From Antedon mediterranea (Eukaryota > Animalia > Echinodermata): a DNA stretch of 64,000 bases. A program made the translations under genes and the position numbers. Of this stretch, positions 37,392 through 48,543 are shown in pieces (position 1 is the stretch's first letter; every line of letters starts with the position of its first letter). The notes under the pieces are model-generated. The model was not told the origin of the DNA. It did not search any database and saw only the letters and a program-made list of their open reading frames with translations. The stretch lies in assembly GCF_964355755.1 (NCBI RefSeq), contig NC_092676.1, positions 9,587,888 to 9,651,887 on the forward strand, written 5' to 3'.

Positions 37392-38437
37392 CAGGGCCGT
37401 AGCCAGGATCTGTCAAGGGGGGGTTCGGACACTAAATATTTGGGCCAGGGGGGGGGGGGCTGATGCGAAGCGAATTTTGTTAAATGACACCCCTAGATGG
37501 CCGGAAAAGACACTCTCGTGCAGCATGCTACCGATGAGCAAAAAGATCGTACTTTTTTCCTCCTTCTCAAACACGTCGATAATTTAAAGGACGATAACTA
37601 TTTGTTGCCGTATGTTAGATGCGCGTGCTCTGTGTGCGGAACCGCCGATTGTTTGATCATTTACTCCGTATTTTGTTTTGCGTTCAAGTTCAATGCGAAC
37701 GTACATCTAGGAGCAGCCCCGAAAAAAGCACACTGGTTGAAGGCAAATGCTATTTGCTAGCTCTATCTATAATATTTATTTACAGCAATTTGTTGAGGAA
37801 TATAAATATGTAAATAGGTGATATTGATACATTTTAGTACGTATCGGCTGGTGGTCTAGAAAAAAATAATCGGATGCCATAATGTGAACTACAGTACTTG
37901 ATACCATAGATATTATAGTGTAAAATATTAATATTCACTATAATCCTCTATGATACATTATACTTCATAGTCACACATAAATACTGATGTACGTCGGAAG
38001 GCTATATACTTTATGCATGCTGCCTGACTGCCAGTGATCTAAACAATTATTATAGGTACGCAGTTGTCTGGCGGTGTCCTTTGTACGAATCGTTCGTGCT
38101 CCAGTTCGCTATGAGACGCGTCAATATCATGTTACATGCAGGGACCAAACATTTATTTTTCAGGTTAAAATCGGCAATTCATTTGCAGCTTTTAGAAATT
38201 TACAGACACGTATCGCTAGTTGACGCTCATACAGAGAAGAAGGTTCACGAACAAGTTTACGAATTTTTCAATTTACAAACAACTTTTTGTACTGTGGGGC
38301 ACGTATTTGGAGGATTTTTGGAGATGAGGGTGAGGTATTGGGCATGTCGGGGATGGGGGTTCGCATTCGGTTAAGGGGGTTCGCTGTAAAGGGGGGGTTC
38401 GCCCGAACCATAAAAACCCCCCCTGGCTACGGGCCTG
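37392..38437. mobile_element. hAT-like MITE
   Basis: TIR CAGGGCCGTAGCCAGG / CCTGGCTACGGGCCTG; 5-bp flank repeat TGTAA; GGGGGGGTTCG subterminal motifs. Confidence 0.75.
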
Positions 38438-40569
38438 TGTAATATCATTTCGAACCATATTAAAATCATAAAAAGATTCATATTCCTTAACATGTGGCTG
38501 TTATTATACACAATTGAAAGCAAAACCCGTTGAATCTCAAATCATTAGGACTAGAAATTTGGCTTATCAATCAAATAAATACTTTCGTTCAAAATGAAAC
38601 TCCAACCTCTCTAAAAGATTGAACTCAGCGAAAACGGACCGTGTTTTTTGAATTGGGTATGTTGAAACATTTCAATATTCATTTAAAAAAGTACATTAAT
38701 TGTGGTATTGATCAGTGGCTAGAGTAGACTTGCCCCAAGTCTGTATTATCTTTTTTTTTTATTTATTTGTTTTTATTTCGACCGCGATTTTTGTCTGAAA
38801 ATACAGACTTGTGAAACACGTATAGAAATCGATTTGCAGACCGCAAACATACGATAAGAATGACGTAGGTTATCATACCGTATTTGGCTATATGGGGCGG
38901 GCGGTATGTAAATATGGATTTCGAATCAACCAATGATCATTTTGTTTCAAAATGAAAAAGATCGAGTACGTAGGCCTACCAGTGCTTAATGTACGATCGA
39001 GACTGTTGAAATATAAAATAGTAATGCCAAGTTGTTTTGTTTATTAATTGTTTAGTCCTTGGCCTAGGCCTCTTTCGTAGGTCCTACTCAACTCGCACGT
39101 ATGACCTGCCAAATAAAACGCCAATGAAGTAGGCCTACATACCACCGGCACACAACAGGGCTACACCACCACACAGAACAGGACAGGGTCTGGGTGAGAA
39201 TTAAATCAAAATTATCTCCGCGTAATAAATGATCCATTCAATGTTTGATTTGCGGAGAAGCTAGCCTATCATATATCAAGACGAGTTTTCATGTTTCAAA
39301 GATCCCATCAAATGTTTACCAGACTACTAGGCATATAAAATAATTTCTAGCCTTCAGAACTTTCATAAATGTACCCAACAAGTACACATTGTCTAAACGT
39401 AACATAGCGCATGCGCATCATCTTATTTGTTGAGTCTTTGAAATTCTTAAATATGAATATTTAAACCGTGTACGAGAGAGTAGCCAATCGCATGCAGCTG
39501 AAACTAGTCAACCGGATAATCGTATGCACCAAGAATTCTTGGTGTCAAACCACGTGACTTGTGCGTGTTTCCCCAGACGGAGTATCCAAAATCAAGTAGT
39601 ATACGTATGAAACGCCATATGTGCCAAAATATTTATCTTTTAACTAATATTAAGACAAAACTCCGTCTGGAACCCAGACTATGGCTAGAGGCGTAAAAAC
39701 CCTCGGTCAATATCATGTAAAATGCACTGTGGAAGGGTCATTATTAAGACTGGAAAATTGGGCTTATCAACAAATAAATACTTTCGTTCAAAATGTAAAA
39801 TCAAGGCTGAAAAATTGGGCTTATCAACAACAAAATATTTTATTATTAGACGCGATAACATCAAGGATAATCAGTATAATTATTAATATAGCCACTGTTA
39901 CTAGTTATATTCTACATGCTAAAGTAAATAAAAATCCACTAGAAAACAAACAAGTCTGAATGTTATGCTTATTAGCCATGTTATGTTTGTTACTGTAGGC
40001 CTATGATTGTTTGCAATGTCCACATATTATTTCCGTGGGCATATCCATAGTGTATCACTCACAAAAAAGACGTGTGAGGTTCTTTCTTTAGATTTTGAAG
40101 AATGATTTGTGTTACAGGTTGACACATGAGTCAAATGCTCAAGATATCAGCTAATAGACCGGCAGCCCAGAGACAATTGGTTAGATGAGCTAGGAACCAA
40201 TATCTGACTATTTGAGTGTGTTGGGGGTCACTTGAAGTGAATGAAAATGGGAGTCTGCCGGGTACCCCCTGCTGCGTCTAGACCGGGGGGACCCCGAAAC
40301 GTGCTAAAAAATCGGCACAGGTTAGATGAGAGAGATACCACCTAATTTTACCACCATGGGATGCCCATTGGCATCCTTATAACAGTATCACAAACGACAG
40401 ACTTTTTCTCTGCTGCAAAAGGCCCGCCAGACCCCCCGAGGGAGGGCCTAAAATGGGGTTAGCATAGATGAGTGAGGTACCACTCAAAATCAATTCCAAA
40501 CGAACAAGTTGTGTTCATACAATACTAAATGGATAACAACAGACTAATTGTCTGCTGCACCGCAAGTGC

Positions 40570-41120
40570 CAGACACCCTAAAGTTAGACTAGAGGCCCCC
40601 CTTCCCCCAACTAACCCAGCTTAGATATTGTAGATACCACCAGCAACCAATGTTATATGATTTAGCACATGTAGGCAATACCAAATGACCTATTACAGAC
40701 TATCTGTACACTGCCTTGGCCCTGGCAGACCCCTCTAAAGTTAGACTAGAGACCCCTCTTTCCCCAACTAGCCCAGCTTAGATATTGTAGATACCACCAG
40801 CAACCAATGTTATATATGATTTAGCACATTGTAAGCAATCACCAAATGACCTATTACAAACTATCTGTACACTGCCTTGGCCCTGGCAGACCCCTCTAAA
40901 AGTTCGACTAGAGACTCCATTCCCCCAACTGGCCTAGCTTAGATCTTGAAGATACCACCAGCAACCAATGTTATAATTATGATTTAGCACATTGTAAGCA
41001 ATACCAAATGACCTATAACAGACTATCTGTACACTGCCTTGGCACTGGCAGACCCCTCTAAAGTTTCCCCATTTACCCCAAGTATATAGCTTACCTTAGA
41101 TATTGTAGATACCACCAGCA
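40570..41120 (+). repeat. ~160-bp tandem repeat (~3.5 copies) in the left arm; mirrored at 44860-45415
   Basis: Recurring CAGACCCCTCTAAAG...AGATACCACCAGCAACCAATG...CTGTACACTGCCTTGG. Confidence 0.85.
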
Positions 41121-41672
41121 GCAAAAAAAAAACCACCCAAAACAACATATTTAATTGAATAAAGTTTAACTTTAACCGAACTAACACAAAACAATTGAAA
41201 ATATATCACATCAATGACGATAAAATGACCATTACCATTTTAAAGGGAAAAATAGTTTAAGAGTTTCACTTCAAACTTATATAAGCCAAATATAAACAAG
41301 TACGGATTCGAGTAAATTTAGCATTCCTGCTAAGAATTGTGAGGATCTGGAATTCCTTGCCTTTGGATGTCACAGATACATTTGTCTGTAACTCTTGCAA
41401 CCTATTTTAAGAGAAAGCTTAGTAATCACCTTAATCAAATTCAGGATTGTAGTAACTTAATCCAAAGTGATTTGATTAATTAATAGTTGGTAATTTTAAA
41501 TGCTGTATATTATAATCTTAATCCTCTATATATATTTATATATATAAATCCAAAGGCAAATAACTGAAAAAATGACAATGCTGTGGGTATCAGTGGCTGA
41601 ATCTCAATGGAGATACAAACAAAAAGTGAAAAGCTAAATCAAAAGGATAAAGTAAAACAGCCAGAAACGTTA

Positions 41673-41709
41673 GCAGAGCTTTCGGGCAACACTAGCCCTT
41701 CATCATTGC
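41673..41709 (-). ncRNA. Minimal hammerhead ribozyme (PLE-type), core C3 mutated to A
   Basis: GCA aUGAUGA A GGGC-UAGUGUU-GCCC GAAA GC UC UGC. Confidence 0.6.
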
Positions 41710-41829
41710 AAGTGAAGGATAAGAGCTGGCAAGTGCTGCCTGGGTGGACAGGAATAAAAGAAATACAACAAAAGGAGACAGGGTGGAGTCTGAATAAGAG
41801 TAGAAAACAAAGAAGGTAGCTTGGTAGAG

Positions 41830-41984
41830 ATACAGTATAAACAATTTTGGAATGAAACTAAACATGGCCAACAGCCATAAGTCGCGTGCTAAAACGCATA
41901 GTGATACCGGACCGACAGACAGACCGACAGACCGACCGACCGCCGACATAGTGAACTATAGAGTCGCGTCCACGCGACTAAAAA
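41830..41984 (+). mobile_element. Helentron/DINE-1-like non-autonomous element end
   Basis: (GACC/GACA)n microsatellite followed by hairpin GTCGCG-TCCA-CGCGAC and TAAAAA. Confidence 0.55.
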
Positions 41985-42018
41985 CAGCTTAAATGGTGGT
42001 TAATATTGAAACTTAAAT

Positions 42019-43990
42019 TTAGGTAGACAATGGAATAATTTTACCAACCTGGGAGTATGTTTCTAATGTTAAGTACAAAAGGTTTTGTGGTTTTAAGTTG
42101 TAATTCCCAGTGGTTTTCCTTGTCTTTGCAAGTTTTGTCGCTCCATTTGACACATGGAATATTGCAATAACTCTGAAATTTGTTATCGAGTGACCAGATG
42201 AATTAAAATGTTCGGCTACAGGTTGAACAAGCTTTAATGTGTTGATAGCTGATCTGTGTTGTGTCATTCTCATACGGAGAGTGTTTTTTGTTTCTCCGAC
42301 GTACTGTTTGCCACAACACCTACCTATTTCGGTATTCGTGTTCCCGCCCGTAATTTAAGAAACAATAGTATCCTTTGTGTTCCCTTTTGTAGAGTCAATG
42401 TTCTCAAAAGTGGTTACATCAGTAAATTAAGTTTATATTATAATAGTTTAGTCCAGGCCCATCCCCATATTGACATTTTTAATTCCAATCTTTATCTGTT
42501 TCGTCGTAATTTTAGTGTTTCTGAGTTGTTGTAATTGTTTTGTATCTGTTAAACCAAGCTGTAAGTGGCGGATTGTCTTATCCGAAAAATGCGGCCAGTT
42601 TGGTTACTCTTACATTTTTCAGTAGAATCAACCAATGAACAAGTTTTGCAAGATTTGCCGCAAAGGTGACTGCCCAAATTTTGACTGTCATGAGAGTTAA
42701 TTTCACTCTTACATTTGGATCTGACTAATATATCACGAAGGTTGGGAGGTCTACGAAATGCAATAATGGGTGGTTCCGGAAAAACAGTCCTGAGACGTTC
42801 TGTGGACTGTAGAATGGGCATATGTTTCTCAATAAATTAATAGCCCCGTAATGGAGGCAACCTAGGTTGATAGGTTTGTAATTTCTACTCCGGAGATGTC
42901 CGGTTAGTTCTTCGGTACGATTCTGAAAATCTAAATCTGAAGAACAGATACGTCTGATAGGTAATGCTTTACTGTTCGGTATGTTTTTAGTACAATGTTG
43001 GGGATGACAACTGCTAGGGAGCAGGTACATATTTTTATCAGTGGATTTACGGAATAGGTCAGTTTTGAGAGTACCATTTTCTATGGTCACTATAGTGTCC
43101 ACAAAATCAACGCTACTAGTGGATTTGGTAACTGTAAATCTTAGGATCGATGGAGTGTTTTTTTTTACCATCACAGAAACAGATTTTGCCACCTTATCCG
43201 CAATTTCCGGGGTGGGTTCCGTTGTGAGTTTACGATATATAATGAAGCTGTCTTAAGGATTCCTCTTAATAAAATTTGATGTACATAGCAACAGTGGCAG
43301 AACCTTTATCAGCGGGTTTAATGATGATATCATTACGCTGACGCAATTTGGCAATGGCCTGCCTCTCTTGTTTTGAGATTGTCACGTTTATCTGGACTCG
43401 GGACGTAGTTTTGTACATCCTCCTCAATAGCCTGGATAAATGTTTCTAAAGCTGGACAACGATTTTTAGGTGGATTCCAGGAACTTTTTGGTTTAAATTT
43501 GTTAACGTTGCCTTCGTTTTCCGTGGTGCTGCTGTCTGAATCAGCAAAATATTCACGTAATCGTAATCTTCTAGAAAAAGACTCTATATCCAAAGATAGT
43601 TGTTGTGCGCCGACCTGCCTTGGTTTTGGGCAGAATTTAAGTCCTCGGGAAGGAAGTTTTTTCTCTCCTTCGGAAAGTCGACAATTAATTTCAACAACTG
43701 AATCAGAGGTGTTGCTCTGATTCTTGTTATATGTCCCAACGAACCTTCTGCAGGGTTTCCTAAAAGCCCTGAAGTCATCCGAAGGTAGAGTCATTTGTGT
43801 TGAAATGACCAAGTCTGCATGGTAGACCAAATTTGTGATGTTCCCTTCGGGCCATTACCGTTGATTGTTTACGGCAGTCATTGGCGATAATCCTGAATTT
43901 GTTTTGAAACTAGGATGCAGGAAGTTCTCTTTTCAACTTCTTAGTTCTAGAGTGAATTTCAACGTCAAACTCAGTGAGGATTTTGCGGCA
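42019..43990 (-). pseudogene. Decayed Penelope-like element (Neptune-like RT + GIY-YIG), central RT deleted
   Basis: Fragments RGLKFCP, FSRRLRLREYF, KPADKGSA, FVDT..TDLFRK.TD...SCHP..NIP, AFRRPPNLRDILVRS, CGKSCKTC, YVGET..RMTQHR..VAEHF..GH; frameshifts; no YxDD segment found. Confidence 0.9.
42316..42550 (+). mobile_element. 3' fragment of a CR1/Jockey-group LINE inserted in the PLE endonuclease
   Basis: FGIRVPARNLRNNSILCVPFCRVN...YNSL...IDIFNSNL; interrupts the GIY-YIG frame. Confidence 0.55.
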
Positions 43991-44157
43991 ATTGTCAATT
44001 TGGATCTCATTGAGATCTCTAATTTTGTTTAATTTAAATACCTTTTTTAATAGATACAGTACTACATATCTACATAAATAAAGTACATAAAAAAAAATTA
44101 TATATATTTATAATTTTTTTTTTTATATTTTTTTCGATCGAGATACGGTATTGTTCA

Positions 44158-44200
44158 GTCTATCTGAAGATCGTTTAACGTGAAACACCGTGTAATAGAC
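44158..44200 (+). ncRNA. Type I hammerhead ribozyme
   Basis: Stem I GUCUAU/AUAGAC, core CUGAAGA, stem II CGU-UUA-ACG, GAAA, stem III ACA-CCG-UGU, cleavage triplet GUA. Confidence 0.7.
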
Positions 44201-44290
44201 GTCCGTGTTCCATCTACTTTATAAAAATATATATTCGCTCTTGATTCCAATTGAGCACGTTTGCAGCCTCAACGCATCTATATAAGACTT

Positions 44291-44327
44291 GCACTGATGA
44301 AGGGCTAGTGTTGCGCGAAAGCTCTGC
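44291..44327 (+). ncRNA. Minimal hammerhead ribozyme (PLE-type)
   Basis: GCA CUGAUGA A GGGC-UAGUGUU-GCGC GAAA GC UC UGC; palindromic AGCU stem III. Confidence 0.7.
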
Positions 44328-46059
44328 TAACTTTTCTGGCTGTTTACTTTATCGTTTTGATTTAGCTTTTCGCTTTTTTTTTGTATCTCCATTGAGATCC
44401 AGCCACTGATACCCACAGCATTGTCATTTTTTCAGTAATTTGCCTTTGGATTTATAAATATATATATATACATATGAATACAGGATTAAGATTATAATAT
44501 ACAGCATTTAAAATTACCCACTATTAATTAATCAAATCACTTAAGATTAAGTTACTACAATCCTGAATTTGATTAGGGTGATTACTAAGCTTTCTCTCAA
44601 AATATGTCCAAGAGTTACAGACGGATGTATCTTTGACATCCAAAGGCAAGGAATGCTAAATTTACCCGAATCCATACTTGTTATATATATTTGGCTTATA
44701 ATATATAAGTTTTAATTGAAACTCTTAAACTATTTTCCCCTTTAGAATGGTAATGGTCATTTTATCGTCATTGATGTGATATATTTTCAATTGTTTTGTG
44801 TTAGTTCGATTAAAGTTAAACTTTATTCAATTAAACATGTTGTTTTGGGTGGTTATTTTGTTGCTGCTGGTGGTATCTACAATATCTAAGGTAGGCTATA
44901 TACTTGGGGTAAATGGGGGAACTTTAGAGGGGTCTGCCAGTGCCAAGGCAGTGTACAGATAGTCTGTTATAGGTCATTTTGTATTGCTTACAATGTGCTA
45001 AATCATAATTATAACATTGGTTGCTGGTGGTATCCACAATATCTAAGCTAGGCCAGTTGGGGGAATGGAGTCTCTAGTCGAACATTAGAGGGGTCTGCCA
45101 GGGTCAAGGCAGTGTACAGATAGTTTGTAATAGGTCATTTGGTGATTGCTTACAATGTGCTAAATCATATAACATTGGTTGCTGGTGGTATCTACAACAT
45201 CTAAGCTGGGCTAGTTGGGGAAAGAGGGTCTCTAGTCTAACTTTAGAGGGGTCTGCCAGGGCCAGGGCAGTGTTCAGATAGTCTGTAATAGGTCATTTGG
45301 TATTGCTTACAATGTGCTAAATCATAATAACATTGGTTGCTGGTGGTATCTACAATATCTAAGCTGGGTTAGTTGGGGGAAGGGGGGCCTCTAGTCTAAC
45401 TTTAGGGTGTCTGGCACTTGCGGTGCAGCAGACAATTAGTCTGTTGTTATCCATTTAGTATTCTATGAACACAACTTGTTCGTTTGGAATTGATTTTGAG
45501 TGGTACCTCACTCATCTATGCTAACCCCATTTTAGGCCCTCCCTCGGGGGGTCTGGCGGGCCTTTTGCAGCAGAGAAAAAGTCTGTCGTTTGTGATACTG
45601 TTATAAGGATGCCAATGGGCATCCCATGGTGGTAAAATTAGGTGGTATCTCTCTCATCTAACCTGTGCCGATTTTTTAGCACGTTTCGGGGTCCCCCCGG
45701 TCTAGACGCAGCAGGGGGTACCCGGCAGACTCCCATTTTCATTCACTTCAAGTGACCCCCAACACACTCAAATAGTCAGATATTGGTACCTAGCTCATCT
45801 AACCAAATGTCTCTGGGCTGCCGGTCTATAACGCCATGGGACCCTTGGCTTATCAATGAATAATAAATACAGTACTACTTTTGTTCAATTGAAATCGGAA
45901 TCTGACCGTTTCATTAAATTGGGTGTGATTAGGCCTAAACATATAATAATTTATTAAAAAGGTACAATAAAAACAAATGCATCAGAGGCGTAAAGAACCC
46001 ACGGTCAATATCATGTAAAATATATATGGTATAAGCACTGTGGAAGGGGTCATTATTAT

Positions 46060-46285
46060 TAAACTGGAAATTCGGCTTATCAACAAATAAATACTTTCGT
46101 TTAAAATGTAAAATAAGACTGCAAAATTGGGCTTATCAACAAATAAATACTTTTGTTCAAAATGTAAAATAAGACTGCACAATTGGGCTTATCAACAAAT
46201 AAAATATTTTTTTTCAAAATGTAAAATTAAGACTGGAAAATTGGGCTTATAAACAAATAAATACTTTTTTTCAAAATGTAAGAAA
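46060..46285 (+). repeat. ~55-bp tandem repeat (4 copies); related copies at 38550-38600 and 39745-39840
   Basis: AAGACTGGAAAATTGGGCTTATCAACAAATAAATACTTT..TTCAAAATGTAAAA. Confidence 0.8.
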
Positions 46286-48543
46286 ACATTTTTTAAATAT
46301 AATCCTTAAGCTCTGTCTATACTATCAAACTAAATATGATGTGCCCATATTATATAGACATGACGATGTCCACTACGATATTCGGGCATATCACTACCAT
46401 ATTTGGGCACATCACACTTTTTTTGTTAAACTAGTTGGGACAGTGTAGACACAGAACTATGTGATCGAAACATAAGTCGGAATTGGACTGACGCGATTGA
46501 TTTAATTGGGTATTTTTATTAATGTAATGATTCATTAAAAACTATAATACCGATACGCGTTTGGTATTGATCAATGGTGCAAAAAACCCTGAGAAATAAT
46601 GGTATAACGCGATTTGGTGATAGCTTATCAATAATACAACCCATATACTATTATTATAAATACCTATTACAAATCCATTCATATAACTTTTCATCGCGAA
46701 CCGAAAATGTATAAATGTTATTCTACAGACAGTAATTATATATTCAAAAGCCATATTATTATTATTATCAATACCTAAATGCGATAGTAATAACCACATA
46801 AACATAAATTATACCCAATACAAGTTTGTGCGTTTAATTCTAGAAAGAAACGACTGTGCTGACAGGCCAATGACATAAATCACAAGTAAAGTCCCAATTG
46901 TTCACTTGCGTTTTGATTGGCCGACCTATTATATTAGATTAATGAAGACTGTCCAGTCAAAAAGTTACGCGGCGTTTTTTGTAAGAAATATTTCTTGTTT
47001 TATAATTAAATACTGATAAAAAAAGTCCAGAGTCTACATTTTGTACTATTATTTGGAACCACACATTTGAAACAGCGTTGGATGGCAAAAATGATGTCGA
47101 TTTTATTTATTTTTACTTTGACTTAAAAACGAATACAAAAATTTTGAAAACGTAATTGTTTTTTTATGTTACAAATAAATATTGATAAAAAAAACTATCC
47201 GAGTCCACATTTTTTAATTTTTTAATTAATTCGTAATTATTGTTGAGGCATGCAACGGCATATCTCTGATATCATAGCCTCTCCTCAACATCTCTGAACT
47301 ATTCAATGTTGATTTCCTTACAATCTTGGGTTGTTATGACCAAAATGCATAATTTTGCACTTTAATAATCAACAAATTGTTCTCTGTCTCCAGACCTTTA
47401 TAAATAGCGTTGACTTTCCGAGGTGTTGATGCCGAAAAAAATCTAGAGCACAGAGATCCGGGCCTCTATTTTTTGTTTGCCGAAAAATTAATTAATAAAG
47501 CAACATTTTAAAGAAACATAATAGTAAAAAAATTCAAATGTACTGATTCGATTGTCTGCATTTAATAATCATAATCTTAAAACCCAACACAAGAACCGAT
47601 GATTTAAAAGCTGCGAAAAACAAATATATTTATTGTTACACATTATTATTCTAATAATTATGTTTCCCCATGTTTCATCATTTAGGATTTGTGTGGGTGT
47701 GTGTGAGTGTGTTACAGGAATTTGTTAAAAATAAGCACCATGGTGGGGAAATTATTCAAATACATCAATATCATTTCTGTACAATAATACTAAATAGGCA
47801 TTATTTTTAAACAATATAAATATAAACGGTTTTTATGGTAAAATTGAGTTTGAAATTTTTTTCCCATGATTATTTTTTAGAATATATCATGCAGTCACTT
47901 TACCACCACCAAGCTCTTATTAATTCATTTTACTTTATAATAACGAAGGCAAATTACGGGAACATGACAAAAATAATAATTGATATCAGTGGAAAAAAGC
48001 TAAAATGACAAAATGAAAGTAAAACCAGCAGACCAGATTGAATTAACTGAGACAAGCGCTGCATGAGTGAACTGGAATTAAAGAAGAAAAAACCAAAGGA
48101 GGCACAGCTACTAGTAGAGGATAATGAAGATGTTGATTCAATATAATTATATTAATTATCAATGTAATATCAGAGAGCTTCAAACAAGTATGTTAAATGC
48201 AAATAACTTACCTCGGCTGTTGTGACATTGTTTGTGCCCTCTTCTTTGAATCTACAGGAACATGTCCTGTGTAGAATGGAACAGAGTAACAAATTGGTCA
48301 ATACTGTTGTCCAGTCATTTTTAAAGGCTCAGAGCTATGGGTGATGATACTGAGAGTATAATATTTTTAATACTTGGAATTTTAATGCTTTTGTATTATT
48401 TTGTCGAATTGTCTGTATCTAATCTGATACAAGATTTTTGTAATTTATTCTACACAGATGATGATACTGAGAACATTGTGTTTTAAGTTTTTGAATTTGC
48501 TGATGCTTCTGTTTTCTTTTGTATTGTATGTATTTTCTATGGT

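Larger units (their letters stand above)
40155..45828. mobile_element. Palindromic composite element with Academ-like ends and ~1.55 kb inverted arms (40155-41713 / 44288-45828)
   Basis: TAGACCGGCAGCCCAGAG...CTCTGGGCTGCCGGTCTA; 3-bp TSD TAA; ~160-bp subterminal tandem repeats in both arms; no transposase ORF. Confidence 0.85.

Noticed and set aside
39527-39544. Palindrome CACCAAGAATTCTTGGTG as another excision footprint
   Set aside because: No 7-bp flanking duplication. The 48-bp CATAG..CTATG hairpin at 37905-37952 likewise has only a partial flank match.
42019-43990. Active Penelope-like retroelement
   Set aside because: Multiple frameshifts, loss of the catalytic RT core and a LINE fragment inserted in the endonuclease.
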